Under the pieces are notes generated by a model. That model worked only from the letters and a program-made list of their open reading frames with translations. It was not told where the DNA came from and ran no database searches. DNA of 64,000 nt, the filler included, from Globobulimina sp. (Eukaryota), in NCBI GenBank assembly GCA_003354225.1. It is 10 parts of 10 records of this genome, joined end to end, with 100 filler letters (N's around TTAATTAATTAA, not from the genome) between each part and the next. Parts side by side here need not be neighbours in the genome. Positions count along the whole stretch, not along the records: positions 19,395 to 25,755 come from PIVH01000304.1; positions 25,856 to 32,216 come from PIVH01000305.1; positions 32,317 to 38,675 come from PIVH01000306.1; 7 more parts are not named here. The stretch is one strand, 5' to 3'. Of the stretch, positions 19,741 through 32,930 are shown piece by piece (the stretch's first letter is position 1; every line of letters begins with the position of its first letter). The position numbers were made by a program, and so were the translations under genes.

Positions 19741-22700
19741 ATGGCACTTAAGTTAAATCCAACTGTAATCAAAGAAGGTCGATTAATTGGATACAGCAGC
19801 ATTAGCTGTAATCAAAACTGTATAACATTAGCTGTTATCAAAAGTATTAATTTTGCTCAGTTAAGTCCAAAAACAGAATCAATTGAAACGAGTCGAATGC
19901 TAAATATATATATATATATATATAGACATTCCGCAGAAGTTATCGATATTGATAAGATTAATTGTAATCCTGAATGTATACAACGCAAATCATTGTGTGA
20001 TCTATTTGTGATCGCTCCTGTTATTACAACGGGATTACATGAATCCTGGTCTGAATTTAATATATATACATTAAAAGGATGTATACCAGTGTCACACTAT
20101 GAGAGAAATTGCTTGTATTACTCTTTATTAGTTCGCGATGATAATTCTTTCTCCACTGTGTATTATCCATCAAATTATATCAAACATACACAACAAACAA
20201 TAACCGTACAATTTATGAAACCCCAACAACAAATATCAATACCAAATAACATTATATTGTCATACTTTCATATTCCTACTATTATTACTAAGCTCGCATT
20301 GGTTGATAGCACTCCGTACAGATTACATATATCGTCAATACCACAACAATCTGTTTTGAACAACACGTATGAGCCTGACGGTGAAGAAGGTTTTTGTCGA
20401 GACTTTAAAGAACAAAAAGGTAGATTTGGTAATTCGGTGTCTGCAGCGAGTTTGGTGGCAGAGTTAGAAGAAAAGAATGAACATTTACCTGGTGGTGGTG
20501 GTGGTGGTGGTGACGACGATATAATAGAGTACAGCGGCACATGGCGGGACGGCAGACAGTGGGAATATAAAGAAATATTGATTTCAATGAAATCTGATTG
20601 GTTGAAAGAAAATGTTTTTGATGTGACAGAATTTGATGACGACGAATATGAATGTGCATGGCAGGAAGATACAAAAGCAGTACAAATGTTATTGGTTGAA
20701 ATACAAAAAGCATCAATATTTCAAGAAATGTATCCTCAGATACCATTAGCATTGCAACAAAAAGATATTTTGACCTCAAATAATAGTCCATATGACATTA
20801 AATTATATCTTTATTGTATGCATCGTCGCGACGGTTGTCCAGTGACGTTTTGTGCGAAAATTATATCAGAAGAAATAGTTGATGATGATTTCGTCGACAT
20901 TGTATTGGTTCCATCTGGTTTTCCATGCAAGCATGTAAGAAGTAGAATTGCCGGATGTATTCGCCAAATTGAAAGACTTGGTTTTACCACACATCATACT
21001 CCAAGGATGCAATTTAATGAATCGTTATTTGATAATATTGGTAATGAAAATCATATGTATGGCAATTACAATGGTGCATTGAAATCCATACAGCAAACTC
21101 GATCCATTAAAAATTATAATAAGAAATCTTCATTTGTTCCATATAAGAAGCAAAAATTAGGACTTGGCAAGAAAATTGTTCCGCGAGCTGTTGCAGAAAT
21201 AGTGGCTTTACAGCGTAACTGGCAGCAGGACGATTTAAATCGGTTGGGAGATAAGGCAGCAGGCGTCGCGTTCGATGATTTAGGATGGGTGCATGAATTT
21301 ATTTTAAATGTTCCATCACTTGCACTATATCATTTTTCGGCACTTGCAATATACAGAAAATTATCATCGCATAAATCTGTTATATTATATATTGACGATA
21401 TTAGTAATTTGGTGAGGGATATAGAAGGTCAACGAATGTTGCATTCTATTATTTGGATGCGTGACCCTTCGGGAGGTCCTCCAGTTTCATTGGCTGAGTT
21501 TATTTGTGGGAATTGGCAAAGTAAGCATTTTATTACTTCATTAAAAGGGTATGCAACTTTTGTTTTGTAACTGTAACATGCTGCACTGTGTAGTGAACTT
21601 TTTTTGAAGACTTGAAACATGTCTGCTCTTTTTACATTTTCAGATTTAATTCTAATTTGGAGGCTAATGGGCCGGTGAAAATAGATTGCGTGGTAATTGA
21701 CAATTATGCAGGTTTTATTAAAGCTATTATTGAAGTTAGGAATGGTATGACTACCAAACAATATTATGAAAGATGTGTTGATGTAATTACAGGGAAAGCA
21801 AATAGATTACCAAGAACATTGGTTGCCCGTTGTCAGAATCATACAATGCATGATATTTGTGAACATTATAAACATGAACCGAATTGTAAATCAATTACAC
21901 GAAATTTATGGATTACTCTGAAGACGACTACATCCCATAGACATTGGTTGGAAGCTATAACATTTTATTTTTATATTTCAAACAATAAACCAATTGAAGT
22001 TAAATCAAATATTGTAAGTATCATTGATCCATTTGTTAAGGAGGAATTTGATATGAATGAATTATTTGAAGCCCATAGGGCAAAATGGGAGAAAAAAAAG
22101 AAAAAAAAGAAAAAAAATAAACAAAATGATGATGAGAAAATATCAGATTTATCGTTTGATAATGATATTGATAATGATATTGATATGGCGAGTATGAGTA
22201 TTTTGAGTAATGACACAATAACCATTTATCCGGTTGTTGCATCAAGAGCAATTTCCATGGTAATTGATAAATGTCCTGTCAATGATATTAAATATGTCAC
22301 AATTAATTTTGGATTATCAACGGCATGTGTATCATATACAACATCTGATGATTTCAAAACAATTAAATTGGTTTTGAAAAAACCAAATCTTAAAAGTTAT
22401 GGATGGAATTACCATTTTAAATGGTTAGGTTCGTATTCGTCAATCTTATTTGGCGCATTCAACGAGAATTGGAGAGATAATGGGAGATCTGAAAAAGGAA
22501 ATGGTTTTCGAAGATTTCAAATTCAGAAAAAAAACTCAACGCCATCACTTAGCTCATATGTACGTGATATTAAAGACATTATGGAGAAATCATTGGTAAT
22601 TTTAGTACCATTATCAAAATGTAAAAATAGCCAGAACATTGGGCACAAGTTGGCGATCTCAGCGGGATATAAACAAAAACCAGGATGGAAACCAATGGAT

Positions 22701-23015
22701 GAGGCTGAGAAATTGATAAATAAACAAATGATTGCTACTCTTGAGTATTTGGCAGAATTAATAAAAAACGAAGAAGCGTTGACCCCTAAAATATTGAGAC
22801 AAAGTATGAAGCGTTATTCAAAAAAGAAAAATTTGAATTTATTTTCAAAATGCAATGACAATACAACTGAGAAACATATACGTAATATGATATCAAGGGA
22901 CAAACCCAGACATTGGAGTTATAAATATGATTGTCAACAATCAGTGGTGAAATGGATGAATAAGGCAATGTCGTTGAACAAAAAGAAGAAGGCTAGAAAA
23001 TTTTTATGTATTTAA
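19741..23015 (+). CDS. Mutator-superfamily (NOF/FB-like) DDE transposase-related protein; intron 21549-21643, start uncertain
   Basis: WRKY/FLYWCH-like CMHRRDGCP...CKH; LYIDD (D1), PVSLAEFI, VVIDNY (D2), RCQNH (CxxH), NGRSE (candidate E); GG|GTATGC...TTTCAG|A joins ORFs 19741-21570 and 21612-23015 in frame. Confidence 0.68.
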
Positions 23016-23164
23016 TTTTTCGAAATCCGTAATTGTTGCATTTGTTGTGAGATTGTAATTGTTGGTTTTTGATTGTTGTGGTATTTGATGCATTTGTGGT
23101 GGGGTCGGCGAATTCTGACATTGTTTTTAAGTTAAACTTTTTTTTACTGCATCCTGAGTCCATC

Positions 23165-25409
23165 ATGCCATCAAAGAAAGATAATATTTGTTTTGTCTGC
23201 AACGATTGGTGTCGACCAGTTCATGATGGAGATGAAGATCTAGGTTATGCATGTGCAGATTGCCCGCATGTATATCATGACAGATGTATTACAAAAGCAT
23301 TTAAAAATGGACAATTTGACACTTGCTTTGATTTAGGGCATGCATGTGATCATTGTGATAAAACACCACTATATTTTGAATTGGGTACGGAAATTGATCA
23401 TATTGCGCAGCGAAAAAAGAAACTAATCAAGGGTAGATCCACTTACATGCGTAAAACCGATAAAAAAAGAAGAAAATCCGCTATTGGTGGCATACATAAA
23501 AAAACATATAAATATTTTAAATTTATGCAAAGTGAATATAAACTTGGTGATGATGTTGTATTTGAATTAAAAGAACGAGAACAAGTTGCACGCATTCGTG
23601 AAATATATGCATATGATGATGATACAATGCCAAAAATGGACATTATATGGTTCTGGACTGCTGATGAAGTTAAGCTTGATTTTGCTTCTATTTATATTTG
23701 ATTTCAATGTTGTAAATGCTATATATTTTGTAGGCATTGAGAGATATGAATGGATCAAACGTTTAGTACCTAATTAAAAGTTGTTTGCATGTTTCTGTTT
23801 TTATTTTTTTTTCTGAAAACAGGATAAACAAAATACAAACAATGCCAACAAAGATGATACAAGAATAGAAAATGAATTACATATCGATGATACTTATTCG
23901 CAGAATGATTTGAATGTAGAATATTTGGTTAAAAACGAAAATTCCTCCAAAGCCTTGGTGTTGCCATCGCCGTCGCAATATTTAAAAGCCATAGATAATC
24001 AGGAAAATAATGATAAATATTATGATATATATTGGTGTACGCATGCATACAATGGTAAAACGCAAAAAAAATCCTTAGTGTCTTCAGATGCAATATCGTC
24101 GCATCAAATTGTGGGAATAACACCTGCGAAAGATAGAAAATCACGAAAACGCGATCGTAAATCAAAAATTTGTGATGTATTGTCAGACGCCAGTAAATCA
24201 TTGATGTTATCTTCTGTGCCATTACGATTACCTTGTCGAGAAAGGGAACATGATGAAATATTTAATTATATGAAAATGCAAATATCACAGAAAGGGCAAG
24301 GAAGTGGTTTATATATTTCTGGCATGCCAGGAACAGGGAAAACTGCGACGGTGCGACAAATTGCAATCGAATTGAAAAAATTAACAATTGGTACATTACC
24401 AGATTTTGAATTTCATGAAATAAATGCAATGAAATTACCAACACCGCAGCATATTTATTCAGAATTAACAAAAATATTAATGAATAAAGATTTTTCGCAT
24501 AACAACGCAGTTAACAAATTGGTACAATATTTTAGCACCGCTGATGTGAATCGAGTGTTATGTGTATTATTGGTCGATGAATTGGATTATTTATTAACAC
24601 GACAACAAAAAGTTATCTATAATATATTTGATTGGCCAACGAAAACTAATGGCAAGTTGGTAGTAATTGGTATTGCAAATACAATGGATTTGCCAGAGAG
24701 GTTATTACCGCGTGTTTCAAGTAGAATGGGTACCTCGAGAGTTGTATTTAAAGCATATCGGAGACATCAGTTAACGCGCATAATTCAAGAGAGGTTACAT
24801 TCAACTAAAGTGTTTTCAGAAGATGCCATCCGTTTTTGTGCCTCAGCAGTTGCAGGTGTTTCTGGTGACTGTCGGACGGCATTACAAATTTGTAGGAGAG
24901 CTGTTGAAATTGCACAGAAAGATATTTTGATTAGTAATAATAATAGCAATAATAAAATAGATAAAACAACCAACAATCAAAAAATGAGAAAAAATAATAA
25001 TAATATGATGCAAGTTGTGACATTACAACATTTAAAAAGTGCGAAAGCAGTATTTGAACAAAGTAATGATATTCATATTGTGTGTTCTTTATCAATTTAT
25101 GAGAAATTATTTTTAACGGCGATTGTAATGTACAACACAAGGAATTGTTCATTTGCTGGAATAACTTTTAAATATAGACAAAAATTTGATAGTTTTATTG
25201 AAACGAGATTAGGTGAGACAAAAATGAATAATGTTCATTTCAGGAATATGATGAATAGATTAAAAGATATGGATATTATCAAAGTAACATTTGATAAGGA
25301 AGAATGGAAAGAATTTATTACTTTTAATATTAAAATCGAGGAAGCTGCGCATGCATTGAAAGAAAATGACATTTGTGCCAAAGTGCTATCTACGCTTCAA
25401 GCTGCTTGA
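23165..25409 (+). CDS. ORC1: Origin recognition complex subunit 1 (PHD-BAH-AAA+-winged helix); exons 23165-23668, 23734-23760, 23823-25409
   Basis: LPCRERE, YISGMPGTGKT (Walker A), LLVDELD (Walker B), GIANTMDLPERL, SGDCRTAL; BAH-like LGDDVVF...VARIREIY...WFW; two phase-0 GT-AG introns. Confidence 0.92.
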
Positions 25410-25855
25410 ATATGTCAATATGTTTTTGTTTGAACTGAACCGTACCGTACACATGACCCAATTTTTGGTTATTTAATCGTTCATATTTTTTGCGTATTTG
25501 ATTGGTTATATCACTTTGCCGCAAACTAAAAAGTTTTTCCAATAACAATTGTGAAATCAATCACTGTTTGTAAGTCATGAATAACCGCATAGAATAGTCA
25601 ATTAGTCATATATGAAGGATGATTTCTTAGTATTTTGAAGACTTTAATACTAAGAAAAACCAGTTGTATCCTTGCACTTAATGTTTCAAGAGATCTCAAG
25701 TTTTAAAAGCACGAATTAGTTAATACAGGGGAATATTAATAAAAATATTATCAAANNNNNNNNNNNNNNNNNNNNNNNNNNNNNNNNNNNNNNNNNNNNT
25801 TAATTAATTAANNNNNNNNNNNNNNNNNNNNNNNNNNNNNNNNNNNNNNNNNNNN

Positions 25856-27780
25856 TGCAAATCGCTTAAAACGAGTTTACCATCGGACCCAATGCCGGTT
25901 ACCGATCTGTCACATTTTATGTCATTCATACTTTGGGTCTCCGTCGCTGCATTCAATTTGCTTAAAGTATGACATCCATAGTACATTCACAGTATACTCC
26001 ATCACAAATCGTGAAAAAAAAGAATTGTTTGTCACGATTTGTGATATATAAAGGCATGGAATACCTTAGCGGTGTAACGGTCTCTTCATCCTCCTTAATT
26101 TCACCAAATGGATTGACTGGGTCAAAAGTCATTGTATGCGCACTATTCCTCGTGGAATGCGGCGTGAATGTTGTATGTAAAACAGATTTAAAATCGTTAT
26201 CTGTCAATGTAAAATGAAATACATTCGTCATGGATTGCCATTGCATGACTTTTTTCTGCGAATCGTGCAACAATACATCCAATGTATTATCACTGTCATT
26301 GTCGGTCACGATGGTCTCGAACGTGTCCTGTGATGTATAGGTTGACTCAGTTCCACTGTCAGAAAAATATGAAGTATCGATATGATACTGAGACTCCATA
26401 GTCACTGGTTTTAATAATTGGGACGGTGTAAACAATGAGGTTCCTAATGACGTTTTGAACTCCGATGCAAATTTTAAAATTGTATTCTTTCTTTTTACTT
26501 TTTTAAGTTTCTTTTTGATTTGTTGGGCTTTTTTACGTTTTCCAAATGGATTTAAAAAGGTTTTCTTATGTCTTTCAGTGACTCGTTTTGCAGCTAATTG
26601 TGCTCTTTGTTGCTGACTTAATCGTCGATCGCCAATATCCGGACTAGCTTCTTTTACTTCTTCTGAATCATCAGTCACATTTATGATTATATCTGTGGCA
26701 TCAATGGATGTTTTTGTTTTTTTTAAGTTTTTTCGTTTTTCTCTTCGTTTTTGTAGTTCAATGTCGGATTCGTCTTTGACTTTCTTTACGATTGAATCTG
26801 TGGCACTGCGCAGTATAACGTCGGCTACCTGTTTTGCAACTAAATGTTCTTCGTTATTGTCAGAAGTTGGTGTGGCAACCTCGTCAGTCATAAACCGAAC
26901 TGATTTTGAAGACTTACTCTGTTTTTTAAGTAAATCTTTTTTCTTACCATCGTCCAATGCCTCCTCTAAGTAGGACACAAAATGATTTTGCGTTGACGTT
27001 CGCTTTAACATATTGGGTAATGTTTTGCTGCGTGCACTATCTCGCTTGCCTGATTTCCCTCCGCTACTATCAGTGAGTTGTAGGGATGTTAACCGCGCAG
27101 TCACTCCTTCAGATTTCTCCATATCATCTTCAGAGACTGCAATCTCGTCGCGAATACTCTCCATTTTTAACATTTTTTCTAATGGTACTCCTGCTTTGCC
27201 TTGTTTTGTTAAATTGTGATAATCAAATGACGCATTTGCAATATGTTCCAATCTGTCGTCCCTATGTTCAGAATGCTTCCTATCCATTTTTAGTAACATT
27301 TCGGTTTGCTCATCAACGCTAAAATGTATATGTAAATATATTGCATGCATGAAAATAAGATATTGGACAGAATTTATATAAATAACTACCTCAATGCACT
27401 ATTTTGTAACGCTTCCTGCCGTGATATTTGGCGGTCATATTCTTCAAAATCTGTTAGATTCTCGCTATCATTCACTGTTTTGGATTCTGTTGGATGCCGC
27501 ACCACTGTATTACTGTCATTAAATTGTGGCAAATCAGCGCCTGGCGTAGGTGTTGGTGTATCATTTGGAAATGACAAATTAGTGTCGGTTGGCTCGGTTG
27601 GGTTATATTGTACAATGCCAATTTCCTCTACAGAATTATTACTATTTTGTGGTGAATGTTTTACTTTGATTGATAAAGGTCGCTGTATGTTGCTGTCATT
27701 ATCTTTATCCTCAGAATCATGAGGTGTTTGCCGACCATCTCCTTTTAATGCCACTGTAGATCCACCCAACACATTACCTG
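25856..27780 (-). CDS. Multi-exon hypothetical protein (charged, low complexity); ends not resolved
   Basis: ORFs 27386-27772 and 25962-27350 on one strand with short AT-rich GT-AG gaps; continues toward the contig end. Confidence 0.55.
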
Positions 27781-28127
27781 CAGTGAATAATATATGTTAC
27801 AATATATTTTTGTTATGCTTCATATTAATGTTATACAAAGGTATCGTAACTGCTTTGAATGAGGGGTTTAAGTTTAATTAGAGATTCTTGAGGGTCCTTT
27901 GAATGACATTTAAGAAAGTTAAGAAATGATATTAATGAAATTCCAGCTCTTCTCCATCGATCAACTTGTCGTCTGTGACAAGTTAACATTATGATTCCTA
28001 TGTTACTATTTTTGTATGTATATAGATATTTAATTATGATATGATATTACACGGATACATTACGTATATATTACACTCAAAAAAACGAACATTTTTCCCA
28101 CTATTTCGCATTTTATATATCTCAATA

Positions 28128-28670
28128 ATGTCTGAAATGGATAAAATTTCGAACATTTTAGAAAAGAATGAAACAAATGAAAAACGAAATATTGCATTAA
28201 CAGACTATTTTGATTTGACGACAACATGCAAAGCCAAAACAATAATAATGTGTAAATTATATGATCAAATAATACAATTTGGACACACAAATTCGTTATT
28301 ACACAATCCGAAAATTGCATGTTTGTTATTAATAACCACAGAAATGCAACGAAAAATATGCAGTCGAGAATATATAGCACCTATGGATGCGTTTGAAATA
28401 TTTAAACAATCACTCATCAAATACAGTGTACAACGACCACCATTTTCAACGGCAATCTTTGCGTTTCAAGATTTAGAACCAATCACACAATTCATGTTAC
28501 AAACCTATTTCAAACATTACAAAGCGTATCAAGTTGCATTTGGTTTGAATATCAATGCGTCAAACCAATGCTTGCCATTTACAGAAGTGGAAGCCATTGC
28601 CATTGTCGGTGATGCAAAAAAAACTTTTGAAGAACAAACCTCAGTAAAGCAGCTATCGGAAATGCAATGA
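28128..28670 (+). CDS. Flagellar C1a-32/CLAMP family protein (CFAP119/CCDC189-like)
   Basis: SVQRPPFSTAIF...ITQFMLQTYFKHYKAYQVAF matches the family signature; ATG at 28128. Confidence 0.8.
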   Translation: MSEMDKISNILEKNETNEKRNIALTDYFDLTTTCKAKTIIMCKLYDQIIQFGHTNSLLHNPKIACLLLITTEMQRKICSREYIAPMDAFEIFKQSLIKYSVQRPPFSTAIFAFQDLEPITQFMLQTYFKHYKAYQVAFGLNINASNQCLPFTEVEAIAIVGDAKKTFEEQTSVKQLSEMQ

Positions 28671-29874
28671 AAAACATTTCATTTGGAAACACGTTTCCGT
28701 CTTTTTTTAATTCAAATATACATTCATCGCCATATTCATACTTCCATCCCCCATACATGAACACTTTCTGTTGTGCGCAGCGAATCCATTCCATCACAGA
28801 TTCATTGTACGCAGTCGCAAAACCTAACCATATAATTTCTGTCAACACAATAAACGCAGAACTCAGCAGTGCCATAATTAAGAATGCAGTCATTCGATGG
28901 ATCAAATTCACCAAATCACCAGTCACCAAATCCGCCTGTTGTATGATTTCCAATTCCATTTTTATTTGTTTTGTAGCATGAACGACACAGACGGTTGATA
29001 TTATAATAAACAATATATTTGGAATAATATCCATAATTAATAATAAAACAGTATCATTGTGTGAGATATAGCACATTCCATTGGACGCATTCGCGTCAAT
29101 ACCACCGAATGCTAACATAAATATTGCAAATATAAACACAATGCAAAATGCAGCACCATGGAGATATTTTTTTTTCATTCCAACGTCGACCATGGGTTTC
29201 CATAATCGATACCATATATTTACGCATAATATTCCTGTATAAACTAATATGATTTTAAAGCCACAAAATATAAATAAACCAAAGATGGTGCACAGTGCAT
29301 TGGATCCGTTTCTTGGATTGTTAATGGACAATGTTGCTTCATTGTGGTTGCAGATATAGGCGGAAGACACTGTGTTTCCACCGTCAAAATACGAGAAATG
29401 TGGAATGATTAAACATATAATAACCAGTAAATAGGCAACATCTATAACCTATGTATATATGTATATAGATGTACAGATATATATATTTCTGTTTTTATGC
29501 GCAAGGATGTGTACTTAAACAAATAGGGCATCGTATGTGATTGGCGTGGTATCAAATGTTTCTTCATTCTCTCGATGTTCGCTGATATTGTTAATTGTGA
29601 ATATTAGATTACATAAAAACGCAACAATTAAAAATGCTAAAAATAGTATGCTTATATTTTGGTTTGTTGTCCGATCTGTCCATGGTGTTGCTGCATCGTT
29701 AGAATTACAAAATAACGCACAACCATTGTGATCAGCACTTGATTCGTATTTAGTTGCAGTTAATGGTAATGTACAATGGTTTTCTTGCGACAATATTGGA
29801 ATGATAGAGTATAAACACAATATACAAAATATCCACTGGTAGCGACACAGCACCAGAGTTCGCGTGGTCATCAT
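28579..29874 (-). CDS. Frizzled/Smoothened-like 7TM receptor lacking an obvious CRD; short intron near 29450-29520
   Basis: Signal peptide, CTLPL...GCALFC linker, YLHGAAF...IDANASNGMCYI (class F-like TM4/ECL2), WIRC...C in the last loop. Confidence 0.6.
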
Positions 29875-29924
29875 CCAAGACCAAAGAGAGGTTTTTTGTT
29901 CAAAACAATTGATTATTATAAAGC

Positions 29925-31624
29925 ATGTCAGACCGTGACAAGTTTGCCAAGCATGAAAAGGCAGATTTAATTAAATTCTGCAGACTCAATGGGATAAATT
30001 CAGGACATTGCTTTGCCAAAATTGATTTCGTCAATGCTATCGTAGATAAGGGATATGTATATACAGATTTTAATCTAAAAAAGAAAAAAACAAAGAAAGA
30101 GTCACCTCAGACCGTTTCGTCAAAAGGAGCAACAAATAAATTGCTATCAATGCCACCTATTCCACCAAGGGCCAGATTAAAAAAAACAGCAACACGCTTT
30201 TGTGTTGACGCCGATATCGATGAAAAAGGCGAATTGGATGTTGCTGAATTTATTTTAGCTGCGAAGTACTTGGGCTCAGAGGTGAACAATGATGAATTAA
30301 TGGATGTATTCATGGAACATATGGAGGATTCTGTAGAGACCAACGAAAAGGATGGCAACAATGCAAAACAAGCCATCAAAGATTTAATGAAAAAAGTAGA
30401 AGATAAATACGGTAAATATGATGCCGATGATGACGACGATGGAATGATTACCTCCCAAAACACATCTGTTTATACAGATGTTTATGCAGCAAACACCGAC
30501 CAATCAACGGAAAACGAAATGGACGATTTTCTATATAAACAGCAAAAAGAACAACAATTAGAAATAGCACGCAACTTATTACAAATCACAGCGTTAACAC
30601 GGCAAGAAATAGCGGCAATGACTGGCGTGGATCCCAATGATCTAAAACAATATGAATCTGATGACTACGACACCGAATCTGACAGTGACTATGAAACAGA
30701 AAGCGATGACCTTGACCATGACGACGAGGACCAAAACGAAGAAAAAGAAGTAGATATTTTCGACGGCATAAAGATTGTTGGCGGCAAAGGCAAACAAATA
30801 TTAATAGAGAAGAAATATTGTGATAAATTACAAGAGATTATTACTGGCGGAATGGCTGAAATTGAATCGCGATCTGAAGAATGCGTTTATTTATTACAGA
30901 TCCTAAGCGATGCCATTAACTTAGCTCCGGGTGCCATGAAACGGGCGAAGACGATGGCAAAGTTGAATTTGCATCCGGTGCAAGAACAGGAACAGCAGCA
31001 AGAACAGAAAACGTTTCCGGCACAATTCAGGGTCGTTATTTCTCCAGGTTTGTAAACAAAAAACACAAATCCAGAAACGTTTTATATTATATATTTGAAA
31101 TAGGCGCATTATGCAAAAGTGATAAAGACTTAAATGCCGCAACGAGTACGATTGTGGCTCGATTGTATGAAGGAACCGCAGTGACCGTGGAAGAAATCGA
31201 GGGAAATCGGGCACGGATTTCATCGCCAAATGATGGATGGTGTTCTTTGGTGTCCACAAAGAATGGCGCCGTGATTATTGAACGTATTGACAATAAAAGC
31301 AAACAGTCAAAAGAAATGGCACAAGCGGTAAAAAAAGATAAATTGAGAAAAACACAGGTTGAAATAGTAAAAAATGTAACTACATTGAATGAGGTGACTG
31401 TGGTGAAAATATTGGAGAAAAGTGACTGGAATATGCGGATTGCGTTGGATTCTTTTTTCATCGCTAAATTTAAAACGCAAGAATATGAAAAAAATCAGCA
31501 ACAAAAAAGATCCGTTACAACGTCAGAGATGTTTAAAGATATTGGCAATGATGATAAGAAAAAAAAAGGATGGTTTAAATCATGGAAAGCGTTTGCAAAT
31601 GATAAGAAAATTGATGCCAATTAA
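29925..31624 (+). CDS. Multidomain hypothetical protein (EF-hand-like, acidic, SH3b-like, UBA-like); intron 31048-31103
   Basis: DIDEKGELDVAEF loop; VARLYEGTAVTVEEIEGNRARISSPNDGWCSL (SH3-like); VKILEKSDWNMRIALDSFF (UBA-like); a phase-1 intron joins the ORFs. Confidence 0.72.
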
Positions 31625-31918
31625 ATCAATGCAATGCAATCCGTTATGTTGATATTATTTTGTATATAATGAGTGAGTGCCAGGATAGTAAATTGTTCTG
31701 AGACTTCTGACTATAAAAAATGTTTTTGGACCGTTTTCAGATTTTTGTTTGTTTTGTTACTTTTGTGATCCTTTTGTATGCATTTTTTTGTTGAATTAAA
31801 TATATTTTGCAGTGAAAGGTTTTTTTCTTCATTTTTCCAATCATTGAATCACAAACTATCAACGTTGCATCAGGCAATTTTGTAAACAATACCTATACAT
31901 AAACTAATATAATTTATA

Positions 31919-32216
31919 ATGGCCGAACAAGAGGAACCAGAAAATGAGAAAGTATCAGATGAAGAACAACCAGAACAAGAACAAGAAGAAGAAGCACCAA
32001 AAGATGAAAATATTGAAGAACCACCAAAAGAAGATGAACCACCACAGGAAGACGAGCCACCACAAGAAGACGAACCGGAACCACCAAAAAAAGCAGAGGT
32101 AGAAGCAAAAGAAATTGAACCGGAGCCCGAGGCAGAGGCAGAGCCAGAACCGGAGCCAGAGCCTGAGGGGGAGCCCGAACCAGAGCCAAAAGCGGAGCAA
32201 AAGGCAGAGCTTGAAC
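31919..32216 (+). CDS. Glu/Pro-rich low-complexity protein, N-terminal fragment
   Basis: ATG followed by EPPQED/EPEPE repeats, open to the contig end. Confidence 0.6.
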
Positions 32217-32930
32217 NNNNNNNNNNNNNNNNNNNNNNNNNNNNNNNNNNNNNNNNNNNNTTAATTAATTAANNNNNNNNNNNNNNNNNNNNNNNNNNNN
32301 NNNNNNNNNNNNNNNNTCAAATTCAATATAGTTGTGCATAATATATCTTATGATATATGTAGTTTATGGTAAGATGATTCATTAATCAGGCAACTGAGTA
32401 AATATTGATGAATTCTATATATTAGTAATATATTAGTAATATATTATGCTTTAGTGTATATTCAATTGTCATTTATTCATGACTATATTCAATTGTATTT
32501 TTTTTCAAGAGGAAGGACGGACCCAAGAGAAAGATGAATTTAATTAAATCACTTATCTTCATAATATGTTACATACAAATCAATAGAAACGCTCTCAAAG
32601 GAAAACCTAAAGAGTGCGGTTTAAAGCGTGCAAACTCATAACTCCTTATAAGTTTGAGATCTAACACATATGCAAAAGAGATAAAACAAATCCAAACAGA
32701 CTCACACAAAATAATCAAAGTAAAAAATCCAAACTTCTGTAAAAACTTTGGTAAACAAAACTCGTTTTTAAAAGTAAGTCATGGCAAAAAGAGCCTAACA
32801 AAGGGCAAACTAAAAGAATTAAAGCAAAGAGTTTAAAGTAAAGAAATATAAATGCAAATGAAATATAAATAATATGATTAACAGAAACAGAAACGATTGG
32901 ATCAAAGTAAATTAATTAATAAATAAATAA

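Noticed and set aside
25623-25655. Short hairpin TTCTTAGTATT...AATACTAAGAA after ORC1
   Set aside because: An 11-bp AT-rich stem can arise by chance, and bacterial terminators are irrelevant here.
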